NCBI GenBank assembly: GCA_963709585.1
Contig: CAVPXI010000013.1
Span: 128,001-192,000 of the forward strand
Length of the DNA stretch: 64,000 nucleotides
Reading direction: 5' to 3'
DNA from: Candidatus Dormiibacterota bacterium
GTDB lineage: Bacteria > Chloroflexota > Dormibacteria > Aeolococcales > Aeolococcaceae
Position numbers and translations under genes: made by a program. Positions 20,392 to 31,613 of this stretch are shown piece after piece. Numbering within the stretch: the first letter of the stretch is position 1; each line of letters begins with the position of its first letter. The notes under the pieces are model-generated. The model saw only the letters and a list, made by a program, of their open reading frames with translations, did no database searches and was not told the DNA's origin.

Positions 20392-20760
20392 CGACTTATC
20401 CCCGTGGGATGTCTAGGCTCGCCCGGCCCGCGCGCTCAGCATAGGTCAGTCCGAGGCGGTCAATTGACGCTCGATGCGCTAGCGGGCCGACGTGAGCGGC
20501 CGCGTCTCTTCAGGCTCGCCGTCACAGTGGCAATTCGTAGCCCTGAATGGCTAGGGCTCACCTGCTCGACATGCGGCAGCAAGTTGTTGCAGGCGTTTAG
20601 GACGGTCGACGGCGACGCCACCGTGGAAGCTGATTGGCGGAACGACTCAACCCGGAGCTCAATCTCGACCATGACCACGATCGTCGTAAAGCGGGATACA
20701 CACACCCGTCACAGAGCGCGACGGTCGCGTCCGAAGGCGCGTCGCAGGAAGCACCTATCA

Positions 20761-21105
20761 AAACTGTAAGCGCTATGTATGCGCTGGACTGACACAATCT
20801 CTTGCGATGACCAGCGGCATCCGCCCTCAACCGTGGGGATGGATGCCTTTTGCAGGAACAGCCATTATCCCTGGTTAGAGCACTACGCCACGTGGGCGCG
20901 CAGGCGCCCAAACACACTGTGCAACCTCTTGTTGCGAACGCAAGTCGGGCGTCCGTCGGGGAGACGGACTCGAACCTGCGACCCCTGATCCCCCAGACCA
21001 GCGCTTTGCTCCCGATGCGGGCTGAGTTCGACTTAGAGTGCTTTCGTCGGGGAGTGGTTGGAATGACGACGAGACCGTGGCTTTCGGAATCCATTTGAAT
21101 CGCGT
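20761..21105 (-). repeat. Repeat family A copy 4 (full; core 20955-21004)
   Basis: AAACTGTAAGCGCTATGTATGCGCTGGA...GTCGGGGAGACGGACTCGAACCTGCGACCCCTGATCCCCCAGACCAGCGC...GGAATGACGAC. Confidence 0.9.
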
Positions 21106-21626
21106 AGACATCAACAGGCGCGAGAAAGCAGTCAGCTTCCAACGCCGATCCACCCCGAATCTACTCGGCAACGTTCCCTGCGACCAGGGCGATCCCTCCG
21201 CGCTGGAAAAGGCAACAAAGCCCGCCGCGACAAACTCTAACGCGCTCGTTGCGCGTTGTCTCGACCTCGGGAGGTGGCAGGCACTGCACCTAACGCGGTC
21301 CTAGCATCGACGATGCGCGTTGGCTGCGCCGACCCAACTCGCCCACATGGCGAGGTGGGCGGCGGCGGAATGCGAGGAATGGATCACTTGGGTTTGGCGC
21401 TGGAGCGACGCTTCCGTCGGTCCCGGATGACGTAGATCGGAGTACCGATGATCGCGGCGAGCATCAGGATCGGGACGATGATCCACGGCCCGATGTGAAA
21501 GCTCTCCCCGCTATTTGCGGCTGTCGCGATCAGTTTGACGGCGATGATCATTTGCTGATGCATGTTCCTAGCTCCTTGGGGGTGATTCTGATGGCTGGTT
21601 CGGGGCGCATTGACAGAGCGCCCAGG

Positions 21627-22415
21627 TCACGTGATGTCGCGCAAGACCGTGGTACGCGCGGCAATGAGCGATATGACTGCGGCGATACCGGCGATGAGTG
21701 CCGCGGAAGCGATGACAGGCAGCGATGTGCCTCCTGCCAGCCCGTGGGCGGGACCGAAGGCGGCGTTGCCGAGTGTGGCCCCGGCCATGGTGGTGGCCGC
21801 GGTGTACGGGAGGTAGGGGCGAACCGACGTGTACAAGCCGCCGATGAGCGACTCGATCACGATGGCCCAGACGAAGATGCCGATGACGATGGCGAGTTGG
21901 GATCGGACGAGCGAGCCAAGGGCCACTCCGAGGACAGCGAGTAGGGCTGCGCCGAGCATGGCGCCGGCGACGTGGCCGACGAGTGTTCCCGTGCTCAGTG
22001 CGACGTGGTCGCCTTGCGCAGCCACGAAGATGAGACCGACGGTGGTGGCGATGATGCCGGCGAGAAGGCCAAAGAGAGAGCCGACGATTGCAGCGGCGAT
22101 GGCTTTGGCTACCAGAACCCGAGGTCGTTTGGGGGTGGCGAGGTACGTGAGGGTGGCGCTGGAGTGGCGGAACTCGCCATTGGCCACGATCGCACCCAGC
22201 ACAGCAGCCAGGAGCATGGCGAACCCGGTCACGGTGGTCACGCTTCGAAGACCTTCCGCAGTGGAGATCGGGGGTGCACCGCTGCCGGCGCTGCCAGCTT
22301 GGCCGCCTTCGAGTATTGCGAAGAACCCACTCAACGCAGCCGCCGCGGCGATCAGCCCGTAGGTGAGGCGCATGGTGCGCAGCTTGAGTAGTTCGGTGCG
22401 AACCAGCAGCGTCAT
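21627..22415 (-). CDS. ABC-2 type permease
   Basis: RTELLKLRT, GEFRHSSATLTYLATPKR...AK motifs; 6 TM segments. Confidence 0.9.
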   Translation of the reverse strand: MTLLVRTELLKLRTMRLTYGLIAAAAALSGFFAILEGGQAGSAGSGAPPISTAEGLRSVTTVTGFAMLLAAVLGAIVANGEFRHSSATLTYLATPKRPRVLVAKAIAAAIVGSLFGLLAGIIATTVGLIFVAAQGDHVALSTGTLVGHVAGAMLGAALLAVLGVALGSLVRSQLAIVIGIFVWAIVIESLIGGLYTSVRPYLPYTAATTMAGATLGNAAFGPAHGLAGGTSLPVIASAALIAGIAAVISLIAARTTVLRDIT

Positions 22416-23320
22416 CGGGCGACCTCGCTTCGCTCGGCGTCCGCGGTAAGTCGGAGAAAAATGTCTTCGAGGTCTGCGGCGTCGGTGTTGGTTTCGAAGA
22501 GTGGGATTCCCTGTCCGGCGGCAAGGGTGCCGACCTGTTCCCCGCTTGCGCCGCTGACCTTAAGCCGGTCTGGCGCGATTATCTCGGCCGTGAAGCCCTT
22601 CGCCGAGAGCGCGGCAGCCAGGTCTTGGGCTCGCGGGGTGCGTACCCGGACGACGTTACTGGTTGTGGCGATAAGGTCAGCGAGCGTGGCCTGAATGACG
22701 AGCCGGCCCCGATCGAGGATCACCACGCTGTCGACGGTCTGGGCGACCTCGGCGAGGAGGTGGCTGGATACAAGTATCGTGCGTCCCTCCGTCGCGAGTT
22801 GACGAAGGAATTGGCGGAGCCAGTGCACGCCTTCAGGGTCGAGCCCGTTGGCCGGCTCATCGAGGACGAGGATCTGCGGGTCGCAGAGCAATGCGGTGGC
22901 CAGGCCGAGTTGTTGGCGCATGCCGAGGGAGAACTGCCCAGCCCGGCGGTGAGCGGCGTGGGTGAGGCCGACGATGTCGAGCACCTCGTCGACCCGAGCG
23001 GGCGGGGCCCCGCCCACCAGGGCCTCGATTCGGAGATGGTTGCGGGCCGTGCGCCCCGGATAGGCGTTCGAGGATTCGAGGACGGCGCCGACGACACGCA
23101 TGGGTGCAACCAAGTCACGGTACGGGCGGCCATTGATAGTGGCTGTTCCCTCGCTCGGCTCGATGAGGCCGAGGATCATCCGCAACGTGGTGGTCTTGCC
23201 GGCGCCATTGGGCCCGAGAAACCCTACGATGCTGCCGCGCTGCACCGTGAAGCTGACGTGGTCAACGGCGGTCAGGCTGGCGAAGCGCTTGGTCAGCCCT
23301 TCGACCTCGATCACCGCCAC
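22412..23320 (-). CDS. ABC transporter ATP-binding protein
   Basis: GPNGAGKTT, FSLGMRQ, LDEPANGLD, SSH motifs. Confidence 0.95.
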   Translation of the reverse strand: MAVIEVEGLTKRFASLTAVDHVSFTVQRGSIVGFLGPNGAGKTTTLRMILGLIEPSEGTATINGRPYRDLVAPMRVVGAVLESSNAYPGRTARNHLRIEALVGGAPPARVDEVLDIVGLTHAAHRRAGQFSLGMRQQLGLATALLCDPQILVLDEPANGLDPEGVHWLRQFLRQLATEGRTILVSSHLLAEVAQTVDSVVILDRGRLVIQATLADLIATTSNVVRVRTPRAQDLAAALSAKGFTAEIIAPDRLKVSGASGEQVGTLAAGQGIPLFETNTDAADLEDIFLRLTADAERSEVAR

Positions 23321-23531
23321 TATCGCGACCGGACTGGTGCAATAACGATCGTGCGTTGGTTCATGCAGACGATGCTGACGGGCATTGCGCCGCGTGTCGT
23401 CGGGCCGGGAGCGGCTCGTCGGCTACGTCAGTGGGCGTAGCGACGAGGGCACAACTGCGCCCGGAACCGCAGCTCGCAAGCCGCTGCTAAGGCGATGCGC
23501 TGGGGGAAGCGGGTAGCTACGCTGGGCCTCG

Positions 23532-24726
23532 ATGGATCACGTGCATCGGGAAACCAGCGTCACCGAGGGAGGGACGGAACGACGACGGGGGTGGTTCGCG
23601 GACCTGAGTTGGCGTCGGTATCTGGCTCTTCCCGCCGTGCTATTAGTGGTGCAACTAGCCGGAGCAATCGCCACCACAGCCAGTCAGCAGGGCCAGCAGA
23701 CTCCCCTCGGCGTCGCGGACTGGATCTTGCTGGTTGTAGGTCCGCTGGCGCTGACGTTCTGCCACCGCCACCCGGTTGCTGTGCTCTGGGTGACACTCGC
23801 GGCCACGCTCGCCCCCTCAGGGTCATGGTCTGCGAACCTAAGCCTCATCGTCGCCTTTTTCATCGCGGCCACCGGCGGGCTCCGGCGAGCCGCCTGGCTG
23901 GTGATCGTGGCCGGCTATGTCTGCAGTGTTTGGCTGGCCCCGCTCGTCTTCGGCCATTCGATTGCGACACTGCAGTTCGCGCTTCTCCTGTTCGGGTGGC
24001 TGACCGTGCTGGTGATCGCGGCCGAAGTGGTCAGGATGCGCCGTGAGCGCAGTATCGAGACCGACGCGGCCCGCCGAACTCGCCTCAGAGCGGCGAGCAA
24101 GCGAGGAGCGACTGGTGATGGCCCGGGATCTCCACGACGTGATCGGCCACAACATCTCGCTCATCAACGTGCAAGCTGGAGTGGGCCTCGACCTGATGGA
24201 CACTCACCCCGAACAGGCCCGCGTCGCCCTGGCGGCGATTAAGGCCTCCTCGAAAGACGCCCTCGACGAACTGCGCACCATGCTCGTCGCACTCCGCCAG
24301 ACGGGTGAGGAAGCACCGCGCTCACCGACCCCAGGCCTCGCCCGACTCCCCGAGCTGATCAAGGTGACACGCGCCGCCGGTCTTTCAGTGGTCACCGAAG
24401 TTGCCGGGGACCCGATGCCGCTGCCCACCCCGGTCGACCTGGCGGCCTACCGAATCATCCAAGAATCGCTCACGAATGTCGCCCGCCATGCAGGACCAGC
24501 GACCGCAACCGTACGCCTCACGTATGAGCGCGACACGCTGGTCATCGAGATTGCGGACGACGGCGATACCCAACGAGTCAACGCAGTGCTGCCATTCGGT
24601 GCGGGCAGCGGGATCCCCGGCATGCGCGAGCGCGCGACGGCCCTCGGAGGTCGCCTCGACGCCGAGCCGCGTCCGGGTGGAGGGTTCGCCGTGACCGCCC
24701 GCCTACCGCTCGGAGTGCCGGGGTGA
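23532..24726 (+). pseudogene. HisKA_3 (NarX/DesK-like) membrane sensor kinase, frameshifted around 24045-24100
   Basis: TM N-terminus in ORF 23532-24242; EERLVMARDLHDVIGH, QESLTNVARH and GIPGMRER in ORF 24043-24726. Confidence 0.85.
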
Positions 24727-25388
24727 TCCGCGTGCTCCTCGCCGACGACCAGGCGCTCGTCCGCGCCGGCTTCAAAGCCCTGCTCGATGCGCGGGACGAC
24801 ATCGAGGTCGTCGGCGAAGCCGCCAACGGCACTGAGGCGGTGTCGATGTGCAAGACGCTGACGCCCGACGTGGTGCTCATGGACATCCGCATGCCTGAAC
24901 TCGATGGCCTCGAAGCCACCCGCCAGATTGCCGACGACGCCCGCCTCTCAAGCGTGCGCATCATCATCCTCACCACCTTTGAACTCGACGAATATCTCTT
25001 CGACGCCCTACGTCACGGGGCGAGTGGATTCTTGGTCAAAGACACCGAGCCGGCTGATCTCGTAACTGCCGTGCGGGTTGTAGCCGCAGGGGACTCCCTG
25101 ATCTCGCCCAACATGACTCGCCGCCTCGTCGCCGAGTACGCCGCCCGAGCCAAGGAGCCGCGGCCCCCCGATGAATTGGCGGCGCTCACACAGCGAGAAC
25201 GTGAAGTCATGTGCCTCGTAGCGGGAGCGTTGACCAATGACGAGATTGCCGAGCGCCTCTACATCAGCCCAGCCACCGCGCGCACCCATGTCAGCCGGGC
25301 TATGAACAAGCTCGGCGCCCGGGACCGCGCACAACTCGTGGTGCTCGCCTACGAGACCGGGCTCGTTCGCCCAGGATGGCTCGCCTGA
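24723..25388 (+). CDS. NarL/LuxR-family response regulator
   Basis: IRVLLADDQ, LMDIRMP, LTQREREV...TARTHVSR. Confidence 0.95.
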   Translation: MIRVLLADDQALVRAGFKALLDARDDIEVVGEAANGTEAVSMCKTLTPDVVLMDIRMPELDGLEATRQIADDARLSSVRIIILTTFELDEYLFDALRHGASGFLVKDTEPADLVTAVRVVAAGDSLISPNMTRRLVAEYAARAKEPRPPDELAALTQREREVMCLVAGALTNDEIAERLYISPATARTHVSRAMNKLGARDRAQLVVLAYETGLVRPGWLA

Positions 25389-25707
25389 GCGGGGCGCGTC
25401 TGAGAGCCGTGGACCACCAAGTGCGACTGCTACTAGTCAATCCGGTGAGCGCCCCCCTCCAGCGGGGTTACCCGCCGGGACCATCGAGCGAGTTCGCAGT
25501 CGTACATGGCGGCGAACACCTTGACGATGTCCGCAATTCGGAAGCGTTCACTCGGGTCGCTGCTGACGTGTTTCACTCGCCTTCTTCCGATCCGCCAGCC
25601 CCCCGTGGCTCGAAGCACTGGCCCGGTTCGATTCCGCTCACGCGCTCTTCGCACACGACCTCTCGGGCCTGGAGTTCGCAAACAACCACCCTCCCGACAA
25701 AACGGTA

Positions 25708-26190
25708 GTGCCCACACTCGGACGGTTCACCGCCGGGATTTCACAATTCGCCAATAGGCGCGGCATTTACCTTGGGCGGCGGTCGACGAAGATCCATGTG
25801 GCTCTCTACCGGCGGACCGGCGGCAGGATCGGCGGCCATCTCCCCGGCTGGAATCAGGCCCGGATCCTCCTCCTTGACCACACGGGCGCTAAGACCGGCA
25901 CGAGGCGGACGTCTCCGCTGATGTACCACGAGGATGACGTTACCGTCGCCGTCGTGGCTTCGAAGGGCGGCCAGCCCACGCACCCGGCGTGGTTCCACAA
26001 CCTGAAAGCGAATCCGGACACGACGATCCAGATCGGCTCGGTGGTTCGGACTGTCCGCGCTCGCGTCGCGACCGACGAAGAGCGCGACCGCCTCTGGCCG
26101 AAGTTCGTAGCCTTCTACCCCGGCTACGACTTCTTCCAAAGCCATGCGAAGAGTCGGAAGATCCCGATCGTGATCCTCGACCCTCGTTAG
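25708..26190 (+). CDS. Deazaflavin (F420)-dependent nitroreductase family (Ddn/DUF385)
   Basis: LLLDHTGAKTGTRRTSPL, VASKGG...HPAWFHNLKANP, RKIPIVIL. Confidence 0.9.
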   Translation: MPTLGRFTAGISQFANRRGIYLGRRSTKIHVALYRRTGGRIGGHLPGWNQARILLLDHTGAKTGTRRTSPLMYHEDDVTVAVVASKGGQPTHPAWFHNLKANPDTTIQIGSVVRTVRARVATDEERDRLWPKFVAFYPGYDFFQSHAKSRKIPIVILDPR

Positions 26191-26829
26191 CAGAAAGCCT
26201 CGGCCTTCCCCAGGCGCGCCGTCGACTTCCCTGAGAGTCGCCCTCTCAAGGAACAATCGCTCAGATCCTCGGGCCCGGGCGCCACCTCTCGTCCTCGCTT
26301 CATCGCTCCCCACTCACCTCCGCTTTCGTGCAACTGCTTGCGAATCTCTTACGGGCGTTCCGATGTCGAGCGTCGGAAGCACGTTGGAGTCTGACCGCGC
26401 AATCCTGTGCCCGAGTGCAGCGCCACCACCGGGGGACGGACCGCGACTGCTGGTCTCGACATGAACCCCGACACGACCGCGTAGAACGACTGCGCGGTGT
26501 TCTCATCCAGCACCGAGCGATAGATGAACCCCCCGGAAAACTGGAGACTCTGGGGTGTCCAAAGTTCAGCCACCGACAGCCGAGGGTCGAGCGGCGGAGC
26601 GCCGCCAGGGTGTCCGCCCGCACGGCTGCCCCACAGTCCGAGCCGTGGACCTCTCCCCGATCGATCGTGCTGAAGCAGCTGTCCATCTTCGAGAACTGTT
26701 CGAGCATCTCGCGGATGCCGCCGATTTCGTGCTGCCACGCGACCCAAGTCGATCTCATCGCCGGGAGCGTTGGCGATTGCTCCCCGCGCCGTCACGCCGG
26801 CCAGGTGGAGCGCATAGACGGGCGCGGCC

Positions 26830-27258
26830 AAAACTGTAAGCGCTATGTATGCGCTGGACTGCCACAATCTCTAGGCATGAGCAGCGGCATCCGGCCTCGA
26901 CTGTGGGGAATGATGCCTTTTGCAGGAAAAGTCATCATTCCTGGTTAGAGCACTGCACAACGTGGGCGCGCAGGCGCCCAAACACACCGCGCAACCTCTC
27001 GTTGCGAACTCAAGTCGGGCGTCCGTCGGGGAGACAGGACTCGAACCTGCGACCCCTGGTCCCCCAGATTAGTCGTCATTTCCCGATGAGTGCTGAGTTC
27101 GATTTAGACTGGTTTTGTGGGAATTGGTTGGAATGACGACTAGAGCACGTGTGATGGATTCTTTTGGAATCGCGTGCACACGCTCGGCGAATTGTGCCGC
27201 CTCCCTTCGCGGCTCTCCCCAACCGCTCTCCCGACTCTATCGACTTTGGGCATTCTGG
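26830..27258 (-). repeat. Repeat family A copy 5 (full; core 27025-27072)
   Basis: Same left arm, tRNA-Pro core and right arm; distal GACTTTGGGCATTCTG shared with copy 1. Confidence 0.9.
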
Positions 27259-27402
27259 TCTGCCACGGAGACCATCGGCAGCAACAGCGGCTGGCGTGCC
27301 CCGTGACGTGACCGGGCGCTCGTCTGGGAGGCGATCATGGTCCTCGAATGGTTCCGCACTCATGGGCGGTGAACATCGTCGGGAGCGAACCCGATAAAGA
27401 GG

Positions 27403-28645
27403 TCAGCGGTCGCCCGACGGAGCCAGCTCGGAGAGGCGTCGATGAAGAAATCGGCGCTCGGCGTCTGTCGGCGCCAGCGCAAGCGCTTCGCGATATGCCG
27501 TTTGCGCCTCTGCGTAGCGCGTCAGGCGTCTGAACAAATCGGCACGCGTCGCGGGCAGCAGGTAGTAACCGGACAGGACTTCCGCTTGTTCCAGCTCGAC
27601 AAGCAGCGCGAGTCCCGCCGCCGGCCCGTCGGCCATCGCGACAGCTACGGCGCGGTTGAGCAGCACAACCGGCGTCGGTGCAATCTCGCTCAGGCGGTCA
27701 TAGAGGGCCACGATCTCCCGCCAGTCCGTCTCGTCGGAGGTCCGAGCCTGGGCATGGCAGGCTGCGATCGCGGCCTGCAACTGGTACGGCCCCGGTCGTC
27801 GATGCCGCATGGCTCGATCGAGGAGCATGCACGCCTCGTCGATCCCGGCTCGATCCCAGAGCGCGCGATCTTGGTCCGCCAGCGTCACCAACTCGCCCTC
27901 GCCGTCGATGCGTGCCTGGCGCCTCGAAGTCCTGAAGGAGCAGGAGGCTGAGCAACCCAAGGGCCTCTGGCTCATCGGGCATAAGCTCCGCCAGCAACCG
28001 TCCCAGACGGATCGCCTCCGAGCAGAGTTCCTTGCGAATCAGCTCGTCGCCGGCGCTCGCGCCGTAGCCCTCGTTGAAAAGCGCGTAGATCACTGCCAGC
28101 ACCGCGCGCAGCCGCTCCTGCAGATGGCGCGCATCCGGCACGCGATATGGAATGCGTGCCTCGACAATCTTGCGCTTGGCGCGCGTCAACCGCTTCGCCA
28201 TCGTCTCCTGAGGGAGCAGGAAGGCCCGTGCTATCTCGGGTGTCGTCAAACCCGCGAGTGTGCGAAGCGTCAGCGCCACCTGAGCCTCGACCGGGAGCGC
28301 TGGGTGACAGCACGTGAACATCAGCCGAAGCCGATCGTCCTCAATCCCGCTGTCGTTATCATCGTTGTCAGGCGCTGTGGGTCCCGTCACCCCAACCTCC
28401 CTCCGCTTGGCTTCGCCCACTGTTTCTCGTCGCAACCGGTCCAGCGCACGGTTTCGCGCAGTCGTTTTCAACCAGGCTGCAGGAACTCGATGGAATCCCA
28501 TCGCGTGGCCAGCGAGCGATCGCCCGCTCGAATGCATCTTGGGCGCACTCTTCGGCCAGGTCCCAATTGCCGGTAACGTGGATGAGGTAGGCGACGACGC
28601 GACCCCAATTTGCCCGGAAGGCCTCGTCGACCGCCGCCTGCGCAT
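27403..28645 (-). pseudogene. ECF sigma factor with C-terminal TPR-like extension (DUF6596 type), two frameshifts
   Basis: DLAEECAQDAF, DDRLRLMFTCCHPAL, YQLQAAIAACH, PVVLLNRAVA spread over three frames. Confidence 0.85.
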
Positions 28646-28648
28646 CGG

Positions 28649-28990
28649 CTAAAGCGGCCACACCGGTCGGACCTCAATCGTGCCGGAGCGGGCGCCCGGA
28701 TTCCTAGAAGCGATCTCGATCGCCTCGTCGAGATCCGCACAGTCGACGACGTAGAAGCCGGCGATCTGCTCCTTGGTCTCGGCAAAAGGACCGTCGGCGA
28801 CCACGAGGCCGTCGTCGCGGACCCTCACCGTCGTCGAGAGCGTCGTCTCTCGGAGACGCTCGCGCGCGACCAAAACTCCTCGGGCCTCCATCTCGTCCTG
28901 GAAAGCCATGAACGCAGCGTATTCCGTCGCGACAGCCTCGTCGCTCCGTTCGGCGCTCTCGTCGACATAGACCAACATCGCATATCGCAT
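28649..28990 (-). CDS. YciI/DGPF-domain protein
   Basis: MRYAMLVY...DGPFAETKEQIAGFYVVDCADLDEAIEIA...IEVRPV. Confidence 0.92.
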   Translation of the reverse strand: MRYAMLVYVDESAERSDEAVATEYAAFMAFQDEMEARGVLVARERLRETTLSTTVRVRDDGLVVADGPFAETKEQIAGFYVVDCADLDEAIEIASRNPGARSGTIEVRPVWPL

Positions 28991-29079
28991 CGGGTCCTCC
29001 TTCAAGTTGTTCGCTGGCCGCTGCCAAACAACCGCGAGCGGCCGGAGGCCCCAAGAGGCCCCCGGCGACCGCCGCGTCA

Positions 29080-29472
29080 TTACAGCGTGACGAAAAACAC
29101 CACCTGCTCGTCGATGATCTCCTGGTTCTCGTCGAGTCGGTAGAGGCGAGCCCCCTGAAGCGTCATCTCAGGCGCATCAGGCCCGAGCTTCACGCGCGAG
29201 GTCACCTGCAACAGCGCCCGCGTCTGATCACCGACCGCGGAGTTCACCGTGGTCGCGCCCGGCAGCACGGCCTGACCGAACTGCATCAGACCTTGCATGT
29301 AGTCCTCGATCCCCGTGGTGTCGACCTTCGGCGCTTCGGGATCGACACTCGTGACGGAAACGTGGACATCGGCTGCAAGCGCGGTGCGCGCCAAGTCGTA
29401 GTCGTGCTTGCCCCACGCGGCAACGTGAGCCCGAGCGACCTCAATGGCGGTTGCTTCCTGATTCGACGACAT
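29080..29472 (-). CDS. SnoaL/NTF2-like protein
   Basis: VARAHVAAWGKHDYD...LAADV pattern; AAGGAG RBS. Confidence 0.75.
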   Translation of the reverse strand: MSSNQEATAIEVARAHVAAWGKHDYDLARTALAADVHVSVTSVDPEAPKVDTTGIEDYMQGLMQFGQAVLPGATTVNSAVGDQTRALLQVTSRVKLGPDAPEMTLQGARLYRLDENQEIIDEQVVFFVTL

Positions 29473-30064
29473 AGCGACTCTCCTTGTGAGTAGCGGTTTG
29501 GTTGGTCTTCGGTCCTAAGACGAACGGGAACATCGGGAAATGGACATATCGGGCGTCTGACTTGCCAGCAACGGGCGGAGGGCGCCGTCACTGGCCACCA
29601 GGGCGAAGGCATGCAGGGGTCCCCGCCGGTGGGCGCCGTTTCTCGCACCGCGGATGCAACACAGGGTCGACGGCGCCGGATTGTCTGGGGTGGCGCTACC
29701 TGGTGCGTGAACCACGAGAGGACAACAACGCTGGCGTCGCGCACCGTGCTCGATGCTGGCTTCACGAAGGCCAAGCATCCCGGCCACCCCTGCTACTTCA
29801 TGGTGCCAGGCGGCTGAGCCTCCAGCCTCTCCCGGGACGGATCACGGCTTAGCAAACGTGACCGTCAAACCGGGGCACGCCCCCGCGCCGGTCCTTCGCC
29901 CTGAGTGGCCCGGGGCGGGACCTTGCACGTAGACGAGGTGGTGTCGTTGTGACGCACGGTGTTTACCCTGGGTGAGCGTGGCATCATGTGACTGGCGAGA
30001 TGAGCCGTGAGCACCGGCAGGTCGATGGCAACTGATTGAGCATGACCGCTGTCGTTTGCGCTGC

Positions 30065-31082
30065 TCAGCCGGGAAGGGTAATCGGGAGCCCGAAGCTAGA
30101 GAGCACACCGTTGTCGAACCTGGTGATGGCGGAGATCCGGTCCCCGGCCAGTGTCACCACCTGCAGACCGACCGCGTGCAGCACGGCACTATGTGGGTCG
30201 GGCCGGTACAGGCCGAAGGCCAGTTCGCCGTTGGCCCGGGTCGGGACTAGGCGGAACCTGCGTCCCGTCCGGAAGATCGCGGCGAAGAAACGGGTCACCA
30301 CGTCGAGCCCCTGGTACTCCAACGGCAGGGGCGGCATGGCCACCAGGACGTCCTCGGTGAGCAGCGCGACCAACCCATCCAGGTCGCCGCTGGCATAGGC
30401 CTGCGTGAGCTTTTCAACGAGCCGGCGTTCAACGAGGGAGCCAGGTGCGGGCGGTGGCTCATGCAGCCAGGTCGAAGAATGCCGGCTGCGCAGCGTGGCG
30501 CGTGCGCGTTTCAGCGCGCTGGTCACCAACTCCTCGCTCAACTCGAGGATGTTGGCGACCTCGCCGGCGCGAAAGCCCAGGACGTCGCGGAGGATGAGCA
30601 CGACTCGCTGCCGGGGCGGCAGCAGCTGCAGTGCGGTCACGAACGCCAGCGAGATGGCTTCCCGTGAACTCGTAGCGCGCCTCAGGCCCGGGCTCGCGGT
30701 CGACCAGCCCCTGTAGGAGCGTGTCCGGGTACGGCTCCAGCCAGAACACCTCGCCCAGGCCCGTAGGCTCGGGAACCTCAAGGTGCAGCACGGGCAAGTC
30801 CACGTGCGGACGCCGTCGCGCGGCGCGCAGCGCGTTGAGGCAGCGGCTGGTCGCGATCCGATACAGCCAGGTGCGCATCGAGGCACGCCCCTCGAAGGCT
30901 TCCAGCCCTCGCCACGCCGCCAGCAGTGTTTCCTGGAGCGCGTCCTCGGCGTCCTGCACTGACGCCAGCATCCGGTAGCAGTGGACCTGCAGCTCGGCCA
31001 GGAACGGGTCGACGAGCCGGCGGAACGCCTCCTCGTCTCCAGCGCGGGCCCGATCGATCAGGTCTGTAGTCAGCAACTCCAC
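30065..31082 (-). pseudogene. SigG-like ECF sigma factor with SnoaL domain, frameshift near 30665
   Basis: ELQVHCYRMLASVQDAEDALQET, WLEPYPD; then ISLAFVTALQLLPPRQR...DLDGLVALLTEDV. Confidence 0.85.
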
Positions 31083-31249
31083 CCGTCATCGCCTCGTCTC
31101 ATGGTTGCTCTGGCGCCTGCACCGGTACTGACCCCGGGCAGCGGGGAAACTGGGCGCTCGTGGCCGCCCAGTGTATCGGCGCTTCGGTGTCTAACCAAGC
31201 GATGAGCCAACTCACCTCTTGGGCCGGCACGAGCAGAAGGAGTCAATCC

Positions 31250-31601
31250 ATGGCGACGTTCTTGTTCTCCTACCGGGTGCCGCGCACCCCCCTCGCGCAG
31301 GTGCTGGCAGCACTCGACGAGCCGGCCCGCGAGACACGTATGGCTGCGTGGAATGCGTGGTTCGAAGGGACTCGGCGACCGCCTCGTGCAGCGGGGAAAC
31401 CCGGTCAACGACGCGCAAGCGCTTGGCAAATGCACCGCTGCCACCAGGATCGGGGGCTATTCGTTGGTGTCCGCCAACCTCGATGCGGCGGTCGCGCTGG
31501 CGAAGGGATGCCCAGGTTTGGAGTGGGGCGGCGGCGTCGAAGTCGGCGAGTTCATCGAGATCGGACAGCCGCAGCGCACCCAGGCGGAGGCGCGGCCGTG
31601 A
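31250..31601 (+). pseudogene. YciI-like protein, frameshift near 31370
   Basis: MATFLFSYR...AWNAWFEG then LGDRLVQRGNPV...IGGYSLVSANLDAAVALAKGCP...VEVGE. Confidence 0.75.
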
Positions 31602-31613
31602 CCAACCGAGTTC

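Larger units (their letters stand above)
18904..20414 (+). mobile_element. IS110-family insertion sequence, apparently complete
   Basis: CT dinucleotide at both ends; removing it restores a palindrome CGGGCGAG-GACCCTAGG-CTCGCCCG; about 270-bp 5' non-coding region. Confidence 0.8.
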
